Shown here: positions 1 through 10,184 of the stretch, one piece after another | Position numbering within the stretch: position 1 is the stretch's first letter | Layout: each line of letters begins with the position of its first letter | Source: Acidobacteriota bacterium | GTDB lineage: Bacteria > Acidobacteriota > UBA6911 > RPQK01 > JAJDTT01 | DNA: 64,000 bases | Direction: 5' to 3' | NCBI GenBank assembly: GCA_965209055.1 | Contig: OZ242374.1 | Location: 1,056,001 to 1,120,000 of the forward strand | Program-made: the position numbers and the translations under genes | Notes under the pieces: generated by a model | What the model was told of the DNA's origin: nothing | What the model saw: only the letters and a program-made list of their open reading frames with translations | The model's database searches: none

Positions 1-1704
1 CGCTACCAGGCCCGGCGGCAGGTTGCCGCCGAGTTGGAACGCCTGGGCTTGCTGGAGATGGTCGAGAAACACGATCACAACGTGGGACGGTGCCAGAGAT
101 GCCCGTCGGTGGTGGAGCCTCTGGTTTCGACGCAGTGGTTCGTCAGGGTAAAGCCGCTGGCCCAGACCGCTCTCCAGGCAGTGGAGGAGGGTTCGACCGT
201 CTTCGTCCCCGGCAACTACACGAAGATCTTTTCCGATTGGATGACCAACATCCACGACTGGTGCATCAGCCGGCAGTTGTGGTGGGGACACCGCATCCCC
301 GCCTGGACCTGCGAGGATTGCGACCACTCGACCGTGGCTCGAACCGAGCCCGAGGCCTGCTCCCGCTGCGGCAGTGCCCGCCAGGTCCAGGAATCGGATG
401 TCCTGGACACCTGGTTCAGTTCCGGCCTCTGGCCCTTCTCCACTCTGGGATGGCCGGACCGGACGCGGGACCTGGAGACCTTCTATCCCACCAGCACTCT
501 GGTCACGGGATTCGACATCATCTTCTTCTGGGTCGCCCGCATGATGATGCTGGGCCTCCGCTTCCGCGGCGACGTGCCGTTTCGGAGAGTGCTCATCACC
601 GGACTGGTCCGCGACCAGCATGGACAGAAGATGTCCAAGTCCAAGGGAAACATCATCGACCCTCTTGAGGTCATCGAAGAGTACGGATGTGACGCCGTCC
701 GCTTCACATTGGCGGTTTCAGCCGCACCCGGAGCCGACATCCCCTTCTCCATCCGCCGGATGGCCGGCTACCGGGCCTTCTGCAACAAGATCTGGAACGG
801 CGCCCGCTATCTGCTTTTGAACCTGGATCAGGGACTGACCGCCGATGAGGAGGAGATCGGCAGGCTTTGGGAGCAGGGTTCCCTGCGGCTGGAGGACCGC
901 TGGATTCTGGGCCGGCTCCAGCAGATCAACCAGGACACGGAAAGGAACCTGGAGCGGTTCTTCATTCACAGCGCCAGCAATGATCTCTACCATTTCTTCT
1001 GGCATGAGTTCTGCGACTGGTACGTCGAACTGATCAAAGGGCGAATCAGCGGCGGCGACACCGTTGCCGCCCAGGTCGCCGCCCATGTTCTGGAACGCTC
1101 CCTCCGCCTGCTTCATCCCTTCGTGCCCTTCCTGACGGAGGAGCTTTGGCAGCGGCTTCCGCATGCGGGCGAAACCATCATGCTGGCCCCGTTTCCCGAG
1201 CCCCGGCCGGGATGGATCGACCAGGACCACATCGACCGCATGACCCAACTCCAGGAGTTGATCACGGCGCTGCGAACGGCCCGCGCCGAGAACAACATCG
1301 ACCCCAGGAGGCGCCTTCCCGCCGAGTTCACCTGTTCGTTTCCGGTCCGCGATTTCCTGGAGTCGCAGAGCCACCACCTGAAGAATCTGGCCCGACTGAG
1401 CGAGATCGAGTTCCGGGACGGGCTGAGCCGGGAGGGACTGCGCATCACCGGCGTGGCCAACACGACCCAGTTCGCCCTGCGGCTGGACGAGGCCATCGAT
1501 CTGGCCGCGGAGAAAGACCGGCTGCAACGGCAGATCGGACGGCTGGAGGAAGACCGGAGCCGGCTCGACCGCAAACTGGACAACGAAAATTTCGTTCGAA
1601 AGGCTCCGGCCCACATCGTGGACGGCGCGCGCCGGCGCCGCCAGGAGGTCGGGACGAAGCTGAAACGGCTTCAGGACATGCTCCATGGACTTCCTGAGCC
1701 TTGA
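1..1704 (+). CDS. valS: Valine--tRNA ligase (5' part lies outside the window)
   Basis: Frame open from base 1; DWCISRQLWWGHRIP, DVLDTWFSSGLWPFSTLGWP, GFDIIFFWVARM, KMSKSKGN, C-terminal coiled coil (NENFVRKAP). Confidence 0.98.
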   Translation, partial: RYQARRQVAAELERLGLLEMVEKHDHNVGRCQRCPSVVEPLVSTQWFVRVKPLAQTALQAVEEGSTVFVPGNYTKIFSDWMTNIHDWCISRQLWWGHRIPAWTCEDCDHSTVARTEPEACSRCGSARQVQESDVLDTWFSSGLWPFSTLGWPDRTRDLETFYPTSTLVTGFDIIFFWVARMMMLGLRFRGDVPFRRVLITGLVRDQHGQKMSKSKGNIIDPLEVIEEYGCDAVRFTLAVSAAPGADIPFSIRRMAGYRAFCNKIWNGARYLLLNLDQGLTADEEEIGRLWEQGSLRLEDRWILGRLQQINQDTERNLERFFIHSASNDLYHFFWHEFCDWYVELIKGRISGGDTVAAQVAAHVLERSLRLLHPFVPFLTEELWQRLPHAGETIMLAPFPEPRPGWIDQDHIDRMTQLQELITALRTARAENNIDPRRRLPAEFTCSFPVRDFLESQSHHLKNLARLSEIEFRDGLSREGLRITGVANTTQFALRLDEAIDLAAEKDRLQRQIGRLEEDRSRLDRKLDNENFVRKAPAHIVDGARRRRQEVGTKLKRLQDMLHGLPEP

Positions 1705-2533
1705 TCCCCTGCTTCGCCAAGCCCTCCAAGAGGACCTGGGACGAGGAGACATTACGACCGAGGCCATACTGCAGGCCAACCCCCGTGCCGATGGGGTCGG
1801 GACGGCCCGGGTTCTGGCTCGGCAGCGAATGATTCTGGCGGGATGGCCGGTCTTTCTCCGGGTTTTTCGCCTGCTGGGCCCGGTCACCGGCCAGGCCCGG
1901 TACGACGAAGGGGATTGGGTCGAGCCGGGCTGCCTGGGAACCCTGGAGGGGCCCGTTTCGACCCTCCTGCAGGCCGAGAGAGTCGCCTTGAATTTCCTCC
2001 AGCGGCTCTGCGGGATCGCCACCCGGACCCGCGGCTGCGTGGACCGGGTCGGTTCCAGCCGTGTCCGCGTCCTGGACACTCGGAAGACGACGCCACTCTG
2101 GCGCAACCTGGAGAAATATGCGGTCAGAATGGGGGGCGGTCAGAACCACCGGATGGGTTTGGATGACGGCGTACTCATCAAGGAGAACCACATCGCCGCC
2201 GCCGGGGGCGTCCGGGCGGCCGTCGAGGCGTGCCGGGAGCGCTCCGGACATCTGCAGCAGATCCGGGTGGAGGTCACCAACCAGCAAGAACTGGCCGCGG
2301 CTCTGGACGCGGGAGCGGACGCCGTCCTGCTGGACAACATGACGGTGGAGCAGGTCCGGCGGTCCGTCGCCGCCTGCGCCGGCCGGTGCCTGGTGGAGGC
2401 CTCGGGGGGCATCACCCGCCGGAACCTTCAAGCTTACGCCGAGACCGGCGTCGACTTCATTTCCATGGGCTCCCTGACCCACTCCGTCGCCTCCAGCGAC
2501 ATCAGCCTGATGCTGGATGTTGGCGGACCCTGA
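1685..2533 (+). CDS. nadC: Nicotinate-nucleotide diphosphorylase (quinolinate phosphoribosyltransferase)
   Basis: EDLGRGDITT, ERVALNFLQRLCGIATRT, DTRKTTP, NHRMGLDDGVLIKENH, LLDNM, EASGGIT. Confidence 0.97.
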   Translation: MDFLSLDPLLRQALQEDLGRGDITTEAILQANPRADGVGTARVLARQRMILAGWPVFLRVFRLLGPVTGQARYDEGDWVEPGCLGTLEGPVSTLLQAERVALNFLQRLCGIATRTRGCVDRVGSSRVRVLDTRKTTPLWRNLEKYAVRMGGGQNHRMGLDDGVLIKENHIAAAGGVRAAVEACRERSGHLQQIRVEVTNQQELAAALDAGADAVLLDNMTVEQVRRSVAACAGRCLVEASGGITRRNLQAYAETGVDFISMGSLTHSVASSDISLMLDVGGP

Positions 2534-2541
2534 GTTCGAAG

Positions 2542-3150
2542 ATGCGTTTCAGGCAGTTGGACTACATGGCCAGAGTCGACTCGACCAGCGACTACCTGAA
2601 GCCGTTCATCGAATCGGGGAAGGCCCGAATGGCCGTCGCCGAAGAGCAGACCGGAGGACGCGGACGCTTTGGACGATCCTGGCATTCCCCCGCAGGCATG
2701 GGACTCTACGCGTCCTATCTCTGCTTTCCCGCCTCCGAGATTCGCCAGGCGGAGGACCTGACCCGGGCCGCGGCTCTGGGTGTGGTTCGAGCCATTGGCG
2801 CCTGGAGCGGAACGGGGGCGCCGCTGCGCATCAAGCTGCCCAACGACGTCCTGTTGAAAGGCAGGAAATGCGCCGGCATTCTCATCGAGATGGGGACCCA
2901 GACGGATCGAATCCAGTGGGCCATCATCGGCATCGGAGTCAACCTCTTTCATCGGTCGTTCCCCGACGAATTGGCCTCCACGGCCACCTCCCTGTCTCTG
3001 GAGGGAATACGCGTCCCGAATCTGATGACTTTCTTTCGGGAGCTGACGCGCCAACTGGAGCGGACCCTGTCGAGCCTGGAACAGGGTCACCGGCGTCAAC
3101 TCACGGTGGCTTTCCAGGAATACATCCTGGCCGGCGGGGGCAACGAATGA
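2542..3150 (+). CDS. birA: Biotin--[acetyl-CoA-carboxylase] ligase, catalytic domain only (no HTH)
   Basis: VDSTSD, AEEQTGGRGRFGRSWHSP, K(L)PNDV, KCAGILIE, GIGVN; ATG 2542 chosen just after the nadC stop. Confidence 0.9.
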   Translation: MRFRQLDYMARVDSTSDYLKPFIESGKARMAVAEEQTGGRGRFGRSWHSPAGMGLYASYLCFPASEIRQAEDLTRAAALGVVRAIGAWSGTGAPLRIKLPNDVLLKGRKCAGILIEMGTQTDRIQWAIIGIGVNLFHRSFPDELASTATSLSLEGIRVPNLMTFFRELTRQLERTLSSLEQGHRRQLTVAFQEYILAGGGNE

Positions 3151-4088
3151 TGAACCCCTCAACGCCGAAAGAACGGCCCGGTTATTTCGAACGCCTGAAA
3201 AGTGCGCTTCAGGCGACCCGCCGGGAACTGAGCCGCAGGATCGACGAATTGCTGGGACCCCGGGAGAGCCCCATCTCCCCGGATCAACTGGAGGAGCTGG
3301 AGTATCTTCTCATCGGGGCCGACCTGGGTGTCGAGACCAGCGAAAGCCTGGTGGCGAAGATCCGTCAAAGCAGCCGGGGAAAACGGCCCATCAGTTCCGG
3401 GCAGGCGCGCAAACTCCTGGCTTCCGAGCTCCTCGAACTGTTCGAGGTTCCCGGTTGGCAGGAAGAATGGGCCGCCAGACCGCATGTGGTCCTGGTGGTG
3501 GGAGTCAACGGTGTGGGCAAGACCACGACCATCGGCAAACTGGCCCACCGTTACGCCCGGGCCGGCAGGAGCGCCATCGTCGCGGCGTCGGACACGTTTC
3601 GCGCCGCCGCCGTGGAACAGTTGAGCGTCTGGTGCCGCCGCAGCGGGGCCGATCTTGTCATGCAGCGGGGCGGGACCGATCCCGCGGCGGTCTTGCATGA
3701 CGCCTTGCAGGCGGCGAAGGCCCGCAACAAGGACGTCCTCCTCGCCGACACGGCCGGCCGGCTGCACACCAAGCGGAATCTGATGGAAGAGGTCAAGAAA
3801 ATGGCCCGGGTCGCAGGCCGGCTGGTCCCCGGCGCGCCCCATGACGTCTACCTGGTTCTGGACGCGACGACGGGACAGAACGGTCTCATCCAGGCTCGGG
3901 AGTTCTTGACCGCCCTCGGCGTCACCGGAATCGTCGTCACCAAGCTGGACGGCACCGCAAAAGGGGGGATCGTCGCGGCGATCGCCAGTCAACTGAAGAT
4001 CCCCATCCGTTTCGTCGGCACGGGAGAAGGGCTGGAGGACCTGGCGCCCTTCGATCGTCAGACCTTCGTGGACTCCATCCTCACCTGA
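3147..4088 (+). CDS. ftsY: Signal recognition particle receptor FtsY
   Basis: GVNGVGKTTTIGKLA, DTFRAAAVEQL, DTAGRLH, LDATTGQNG, TKLDGTAKGG; ATGA overlap with birA. Confidence 0.97.
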   Translation: MMNPSTPKERPGYFERLKSALQATRRELSRRIDELLGPRESPISPDQLEELEYLLIGADLGVETSESLVAKIRQSSRGKRPISSGQARKLLASELLELFEVPGWQEEWAARPHVVLVVGVNGVGKTTTIGKLAHRYARAGRSAIVAASDTFRAAAVEQLSVWCRRSGADLVMQRGGTDPAAVLHDALQAAKARNKDVLLADTAGRLHTKRNLMEEVKKMARVAGRLVPGAPHDVYLVLDATTGQNGLIQAREFLTALGVTGIVVTKLDGTAKGGIVAAIASQLKIPIRFVGTGEGLEDLAPFDRQTFVDSILT

Positions 4089-5241
4089 ACACCGGCGCCA
4101 CGGCCGCCTGCATGGCCGCCGTGATGCCGGTCCCCAGTTTGACGGGAGCGCCCAGTTCCAGAAGACAGATCTCGATGGCCGAAATCACCGCGAAGACATC
4201 CACCAGATCGAAATAGCCCAAGTGTCCGATACGGATGATCTTCCCCTTCAGCACGCCCTGCCCGCCCGCCACGACGATCCCGAAGCGCTCCTGAAGATTC
4301 TGGATCAGCCTGGCCGCGTCGATCCCGGGAGGCGGAAAGCATGCCGTCAAGGCGTTGGCCGGCGCGGAGGAGAGTTGCCTGAAACCGAGGGCTTCCAATC
4401 CTCTCCGCGTGCAACGCGCCCGGACCTCGACCTGCTCCAGAATCCGGTCCAGGCCCTGATCGACCATTTCCCGGCTCGTCCGGTTCAAGGCCTGCACCAG
4501 GGCCACGGCGGGGGTCAGTCCCGTCTGTCCCCGGCGCTGCCCGTTCACTTCCTTGAGGAGATCGAAATAGAACCGGGGTCCGGGACAAGCCCGGATGGTT
4601 TCCAAAGCCCTGGGGCTCAGAGACAAAAAGGACAGGCCGGGCGGAATCGCAAACGCCTTCTGGGCGCCGCCGATGACCACGTCCAGACCCCAGGCGTCCG
4701 TCTCCACCGGCTGACTCCCCAGAGCCGTAATCGCGTCCACCACCACCAGAACCCCGGGACAACGGCTGCGGACCGTCCGAGCGATGGATTCCAGGTCGTG
4801 GATGGTGGCCGTGGAACTCTCGCAGCCCTGGATCAACAGGGCACGGATATCCGGGTTGGCCTCCAGAGCCCGTTGGATCTCCAAGGCCGAGGCTGCTTCA
4901 CCGTACGGTTTCTCCAGAACGTCGCACGGAACGTTGAAGGCCCGGCAGATTTGGACCCAGCGATCACCGAACTTTCCGGCCGAGACGGCCAGGGCACGGG
5001 ACTCGGAGGAGAGGAGGTTGTTCACCGCGGCTTCCATGGCTCCGGTTCCGGATGCGGTGAGGATGACGACGTCGTTCCTGGTCTTAAAAAGAGCCTGAAG
5101 GTGGGTTCGGGTCTCGAGCAGCAATTCCCGGAACTCGTCCTTGCGATGGTGGACCAGGGGACTGGCCATGGCCAATTGCGCAGACGGCGCGACCGGAGTC
5201 GGTCCTGGGGTGAATATCCGGGTTCGCCTCATGCGGCGCAT
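4081..5241 (-). CDS. PLP-dependent class V aminotransferase (serine/alanine-glyoxylate aminotransferase family)
   Basis: FTPGPTP, SGTGAMEAA, GKFGDRW, VDAIT, GAQKAFAIPPGL, RIGHLG. Confidence 0.93.
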   Translation of the reverse strand: MRRMRRTRIFTPGPTPVAPSAQLAMASPLVHHRKDEFRELLLETRTHLQALFKTRNDVVILTASGTGAMEAAVNNLLSSESRALAVSAGKFGDRWVQICRAFNVPCDVLEKPYGEAASALEIQRALEANPDIRALLIQGCESSTATIHDLESIARTVRSRCPGVLVVVDAITALGSQPVETDAWGLDVVIGGAQKAFAIPPGLSFLSLSPRALETIRACPGPRFYFDLLKEVNGQRRGQTGLTPAVALVQALNRTSREMVDQGLDRILEQVEVRARCTRRGLEALGFRQLSSAPANALTACFPPPGIDAARLIQNLQERFGIVVAGGQGVLKGKIIRIGHLGYFDLVDVFAVISAIEICLLELGAPVKLGTGITAAMQAAVAPVFR

Positions 5242-5306
5242 AATATCACGGCGCCAAACCCGGACTCCGGGAAAGAGAGTGGGTCAAATCAGTCGATTAC
5301 CCGCCT

Positions 5307-6269
5307 TCAGGCTGAAATGGCGACCGAGCCGGATCGCAACAGCGAGAGCCGGGGAGCGGCGTCGCATCCCGCCCGGATCCCCACCCAACCGGGCAGAATC
5401 CCGGCGAAGACGTTGCGAAAGTCCACCGTGTGAACCAGGTCTCCGGACGGCGTCAACTCATGGGGAGACAGGCCCGGGTGGCGCCCGTGAAGCCCCGCGA
5501 AGACCCTCTTTCCCACGATGAATACGGGATTGGCGGTTCCGTGGTCGGTGCCGAAAGTCTCATTCTCCGCCAGACGCCGTCCGAACTCGCTGAAGATCAC
5601 GACGACCACATGCTCGTCCCGGCCTCGGCGGGTCAGGTCGTCCAGGAAGCCGGTGACGGCCGCGGAGAGCATGGAGAGGAGCCGGGCATGGATCCCCCGG
5701 GTCGGATTCCCCGGGACAACCTGAAAGGCATGGGTGTCGAAGCCGCCCATGGACGTGTAGAACACCCGCACTCCCGTCCCGGCTGCGATGCACCGGGCGA
5801 TGACCGCCAGATTGGCCCCAAGAGCTCCGTCCGTCACCCGCATTCCAAGTTCCGGCAGGCATCGGCGGTCCGGACTGTCCCCTTCCGCCGCCGTTCCCAC
5901 CCGCGCCGTATGCCAGATCTTTCTGGACCGAAAATGGGATCGATTCGGATCGGGATAGCCCACTCCCTGAACCAGAGCCACATTTCCCCCGTCGAACAGC
6001 CTTTTGAACCCGTCCAGGGAGGGATGGAATCCGACGGTGTCGTCCAGCTTCAGGACGTCCGCGGGAGAAATGGCCAGATGCGGACGCTGCCGGTAGTAAT
6101 CCTCCAGGCCATGCGGGACCACCGTGTTGAGGCCATCGCAGCCTCCAGCCAATTCGATGAACACCGACACCGGCCGCGGGTCGATACTCCCCGCCGGCGA
6201 ACGCATGCCGGCGGCCAGAGAGACGCCGGAAACCAGGCACGACTTCCGGAGAAACTCTCGCCGTTTCAC
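5307..6269 (-). CDS. DUF1501-family protein with Tat-like signal (compact variant)
   Basis: MKRREFL, LAGGCDGLNTVVP, GVGYPDPNRSHF, GGFDTHA, SEFGRR, GTDHG, VDFR. Confidence 0.85.
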   Translation of the reverse strand: MKRREFLRKSCLVSGVSLAAGMRSPAGSIDPRPVSVFIELAGGCDGLNTVVPHGLEDYYRQRPHLAISPADVLKLDDTVGFHPSLDGFKRLFDGGNVALVQGVGYPDPNRSHFRSRKIWHTARVGTAAEGDSPDRRCLPELGMRVTDGALGANLAVIARCIAAGTGVRVFYTSMGGFDTHAFQVVPGNPTRGIHARLLSMLSAAVTGFLDDLTRRGRDEHVVVVIFSEFGRRLAENETFGTDHGTANPVFIVGKRVFAGLHGRHPGLSPHELTPSGDLVHTVDFRNVFAGILPGWVGIRAGCDAAPRLSLLRSGSVAISA

Positions 6270-6393
6270 CTGATCCTCCGGTGTTTTCCAGCCTTGGGAG
6301 TTCGCCGCATCCCGTGGAGACTTTCGACGCAGCTTCCTATACTACAGCACGAACAGTCGGCGATTCGGCCGAAGTGGCGACGGGGGTGGCATC

Positions 6394-7236
6394 TTGCGAC
6401 TGAGACACGCGATCTGCAGTGAGATCTTTGGGGGACAGGACCTGGCCCAAACCTGCCGGACGGTCCACGCACTCGGCTATCGGGGCCTGGAGGTGGCTCC
6501 GTTCACGCTGGCCGACTCGGTGGATGAGATCCCGCCCCGGCAGCGGCGGCAGATTCGGGAGACCATCGAAGGAGAGGGAATGGTCTGCTCGGGGATCCAC
6601 TGGCTCCTGGTCAAGCCCAAGGGGCTGCATCTGACGACTCGGGACCGGACCCTGAGGGACAAGAGTTGGTCCTATCTCTCGCGCCTCATCGACTTCTGCG
6701 GTGACCTGGGCGGACATCTCATGATCCTCGGCTCGCCCCATCAGCGGAGCACTCGGGACGGAATGACGGCCCGGGAAGCACTGGGCCGGCTCGCCGAGGG
6801 TCTGGCCGAGCTGGCCCCCTCGGCGCGCGATCGGGAGGTGACGCTCCTGATGGAGGCCGTTTCGAGCGAGGAGACGGATGTGGTCTCCACTCTGGCGGAG
6901 GCGGTCGAAGTGGTGGACCGGGTCGCCCACAGTCACGTCCAGACCATGTTCGATTGCCACAACGCCGCCGACGAGGGGGGCGACTTCCTCCACCTGGCCG
7001 AGCGTTACTGGTCCCGAATACGCCACGTTCACGTCAACGAGATCGACGGCCGCCATCCCGGCACCGGAGACGTGGACTTCGAACGCCTCCTGCGATTCCT
7101 ACGGGATCGGGACTATGGAGGCTGGGTCTCCTTGGAGGTCTTCGATTTCCGGGCCGGCGGCGAGCGGATCGCCCGGGAAAGCATCTCCTACCTCCGGGAG
7201 ATTGAATCGAGGCTGGAATCGGCCTCGGACCGTTGA
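6394..7236 (+). CDS. Sugar phosphate isomerase/epimerase (xylose isomerase-like TIM barrel, D-psicose 3-epimerase-like)
   Basis: GYRGLEVAPF, GSPHQR, metal ligands MEA / DCHN / HVHVNE / GWVSLEVF. Confidence 0.88.
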   Translation: MRLRHAICSEIFGGQDLAQTCRTVHALGYRGLEVAPFTLADSVDEIPPRQRRQIRETIEGEGMVCSGIHWLLVKPKGLHLTTRDRTLRDKSWSYLSRLIDFCGDLGGHLMILGSPHQRSTRDGMTAREALGRLAEGLAELAPSARDREVTLLMEAVSSEETDVVSTLAEAVEVVDRVAHSHVQTMFDCHNAADEGGDFLHLAERYWSRIRHVHVNEIDGRHPGTGDVDFERLLRFLRDRDYGGWVSLEVFDFRAGGERIARESISYLREIESRLESASDR

Positions 7237-7243
7237 CACCACC

Positions 7244-8566
7244 ATGTTGCCATGCCGAGCGGACGGCCTGGACCGTCGTGACTTCCTGATCGCCACGGCG
7301 GGCCTCGGATCGTCGGCCGGCTCCCTGTTTGCGACCGCACCGAGGCCGCAGGGGCCTCCCGGGCGGAGAAGGACCGGACCCATGAAAATCACCGGATTGA
7401 AGACCTACATGTTCAACGTGCCGACCGGAAGTCCTCCCCCCAGGAAGGGAGTCCGACGGAGCATCGCCAGCACCTTCAAGACCTGGCTGTTCCTGAAGAT
7501 CGAGACCGATACGGAACTCTCAGGCTGGGGCGAGGGGAGCATCGAATGGCTCTCGCCGGTGGTCAGGACGACGCTGGAGGGCTGGCGGGAACTCCTGGTG
7601 GGACAGGATCCGCTCAACGTGGTCGCCCTCTGCGACGACATCTCGGACCGCCTCCCCTGGAAGGGCGGACCGGTCCTGGGTACGGCCCTGGCGGCGGTGA
7701 ACATGGCCCTCTACGACATCGCCGGAAAAGCCTGGGGGGTCCCGGTCTACCAGATCCTGGGCGGCCGGAAGCGGGACCGCATCCGCGTCTACCATGGCGG
7801 CATCAGCTTCGAATCCGTCCAGGAAGCCGTGGCCAAGGCGCGGGCCGCCGTCGCCTCGGGCGTTCGAGGTCTCAAGGGGAACCCTCTGGAGATGCGGACG
7901 TGGCCCATGGACCGGGCTGCCTTGGACGAGTGCGTCCGAATCGTGGCGGCGGTCCGGGAGGAGGTGGGACCGGAGATCGACCTGATGCTGGACACCCACG
8001 GCAGTCCCAATCCGGCCCTGGCCATCGCATTCGCCGAAGCCGTGGCGCCCTACAAGCCGCTCTTCCTGGAGGAGCCTTGCAAGGTCGGGTCCATCGCGGC
8101 GCTCAAGGAGATCTCGGCGCGCAGTCCGGTTCCCATCGCCACCGGGGAAAAATTCTTCTCCTACCGGGAGTTCAAGGAAGTCATCGATGCCCGCGCCTGC
8201 GCGTTCCTCCAGCCCGACCTGAGCCATGCCTTCGGAATCACCCAGTTCCTGGCCGTCTCGCGCCTGGCCGAGGAGGCGCAGATCCTGATGGCGCCCCACA
8301 ACGCGTCGGGACCTGTCCATTTGGCAGCCCTGTTTCAGGCGGACGCCGTCATCTCCAATTTCCTGGTCCAGGAAGCCTGGGGATTGGAGCGGATGGACCG
8401 GTACGTGGAGCACGACCTCACCCTGACAGACGGCCACGTCCGGCTCAGCGACCGGCCCGGGCTGGGGATCCGGGTCAAGGAAGCGGACATCGCCAAGCTC
8501 CGCTATGACGCCGACATGTCCTACCGCCAGTACCGCCATGCCGACGGCAGTTGGAAGGGTTGGTAG
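7244..8566 (+). CDS. Mandelate racemase/muconate lactonizing enzyme family (galactonate dehydratase-like) with Tat-like leader
   Basis: DRRDFLI leader, GWGEG, MALYDIAGKAWGVPVYQILGG, MLDTHG, FLEEP, IATGEK, QPD, APHN. Confidence 0.88.
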   Translation: MLPCRADGLDRRDFLIATAGLGSSAGSLFATAPRPQGPPGRRRTGPMKITGLKTYMFNVPTGSPPPRKGVRRSIASTFKTWLFLKIETDTELSGWGEGSIEWLSPVVRTTLEGWRELLVGQDPLNVVALCDDISDRLPWKGGPVLGTALAAVNMALYDIAGKAWGVPVYQILGGRKRDRIRVYHGGISFESVQEAVAKARAAVASGVRGLKGNPLEMRTWPMDRAALDECVRIVAAVREEVGPEIDLMLDTHGSPNPALAIAFAEAVAPYKPLFLEEPCKVGSIAALKEISARSPVPIATGEKFFSYREFKEVIDARACAFLQPDLSHAFGITQFLAVSRLAEEAQILMAPHNASGPVHLAALFQADAVISNFLVQEAWGLERMDRYVEHDLTLTDGHVRLSDRPGLGIRVKEADIAKLRYDADMSYRQYRHADGSWKGW

Positions 8567-8614
8567 GAGGAGCCGCGGTTTTCCTACCGCCGACCAGGGG
8601 GGGTGGGGACGGCA
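8567..8614 (+). repeat. REP-like hairpin plus left half of a composite repeat; ends in the attL core GGGGACGGCA (8605-8614)
   Basis: GAGGAGCCGCGGTTTTCCTACCGCCG directly after the TAG stop, then G-tract and core; same architecture as copies at 31872-31960 and 38928-39083. Confidence 0.8.
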
Positions 8615-8762
8615 ACACACCCATTGAATCCAGAGATATCCCAAGAGATCCCGGAATATATTTTAAGTGGTTGTTTTTCTTTAGTTTAGACCTGTTCTCA
8701 CCCCGTTTCTTCCTCCCCTGACGTCCCTTGATATCCATCTCCATCCCGTTTATTATGGTGTA

Positions 8763-9998
8763 ATGGGTGATGTAATCAGTGCTCCCCTTTTGCCCCGGAA
8801 GACCAAGCCGAAGGGCCGCCACCCCCACAAGGCGCTCTCCGCCGCTTTCGTGCGCTCCGCCCCACCGGGCAAACACTGCGACGGCAACGGACTCTACCTC
8901 TTCGTCAAGCCTAACGGAGCACGAAGCTGGATCCAACGCCTCGTCATCCGCGGCCGCCGCCGCGACTTCGGACTCGGCGGTGTGGCACTGGTGTCCCTGG
9001 CCGAGGCCCGCGAGAAGGCGCGGGCCAACCGCAAGCTGGCCCGCGAAGGTGGGGATCCCCTGACCGAGAGACGCCGCACGCACAACATGCCCACCTTCGC
9101 CGAAGCCGCCGAGCGGGTGGTGGAGCAGAAGCGGTCCGGCTGGCGCAATCAAAGGCAGGCCCACGACTGGATGGCGAGCTTTCGACGCTACGCCTTTCCT
9201 CACATCGGCCGGATGCCGGTCTCGGAGGTGACCAGCGGCGACGTCCTGGAGATCCTCGTGCCCATCTGGCACGTGAAGTCGCGCACGGCCCGGACCGTGC
9301 GTCAGCGCCTCCGCACGGTCCTGGAGTGGGCCGTGGCGATGGAATACCGGACCGACAACCCCTGCGACCGGGTCGTGTCGGTGCTCGGAGCACAGGACGA
9401 CGTGGTGCGGCACATGCCGGCCTTGCCGCATCGCGAGGTGGGGGCGGCCCTCCGGAAGGTGCGGGCCTCCAACGCGATGCCCGTGTCCCTGCTGGCCTTC
9501 GAGTTCCTGGTGCTCACGGCGGCGAGGTGGGGCGAGGTGCGGTGGGCCGAGTGGCTGGAGATCGATCCGGCGCAAGGGATGTGGACGGTTCCCGCAATCC
9601 GCATGAAGACCAAACGGGCGCACCGGGTGCCTTTGTGCCGCCGGGCGAATGAGATCCTGGAGAAGGCACGCACGCTGGATCATGGAGCCACCCGGTTGAT
9701 CTTCGCCCGAAGGGGCGGAAAGCCGCTCGGCTCCGGCCGGTTGCGCAAGCTGCTGCGCCGGAACGGGATCGCCGCCGTGCCGCACGGGTTCCGGTCGAGT
9801 TTCCGGGACTGGGCGGCCGAGGAGACGGATCATCCACGCGAGGTGGTCGAGGCGGCGCTGGCACATGTGGTGAAGAACAAGGTCGAGGCGGCGTACCGGC
9901 GCACGGACCTGTTCGAGCGTCGGCGTCGGCTCATGGAGGACTGGGCGAACTATCTGGCTGGCGAGAGTCCGGAACGGGTGGCCGGCCGGCTCCGTTGA
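8763..9998 (+). CDS. P4/IntA-like tyrosine recombinase (arm-binding + core-binding + catalytic domains)
   Basis: DGNGLYLFVKPNGARSW, SLAEAREKA, LTAARWGE (R), RMKTKRAHRVPL (K), HGFRSSFRDW (HxxR), ALAH, AAYRR (Y). Confidence 0.96.
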   Translation: MGDVISAPLLPRKTKPKGRHPHKALSAAFVRSAPPGKHCDGNGLYLFVKPNGARSWIQRLVIRGRRRDFGLGGVALVSLAEAREKARANRKLAREGGDPLTERRRTHNMPTFAEAAERVVEQKRSGWRNQRQAHDWMASFRRYAFPHIGRMPVSEVTSGDVLEILVPIWHVKSRTARTVRQRLRTVLEWAVAMEYRTDNPCDRVVSVLGAQDDVVRHMPALPHREVGAALRKVRASNAMPVSLLAFEFLVLTAARWGEVRWAEWLEIDPAQGMWTVPAIRMKTKRAHRVPLCRRANEILEKARTLDHGATRLIFARRGGKPLGSGRLRKLLRRNGIAAVPHGFRSSFRDWAAEETDHPREVVEAALAHVVKNKVEAAYRRTDLFERRRRLMEDWANYLAGESPERVAGRLR

Positions 9999-10184
9999 TC
10001 CGCCGTGGTGGTTCTCCCGGCAGGCTTCGTGATCTGGGGTTCGAGCCGGATTCCGGGAGGTCGATCTTGACCGCTGAAAAGTGGGGTTCCGTGCCGCTCG
10101 GGGAGTGCACCTGAGACAATGGGCGGCATGTGCACCATGAGGGCTCTTCGATGTGCACGGCACCGTTCCTCTAACTTGCTGTCC

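Noticed and set aside
8567-8762. tRNA gene as the integrase attachment site
   Set aside because: No cloverleaf or GTTCGA T-loop at either end; only a 10-bp core resembling a tRNA-Glu 3' end
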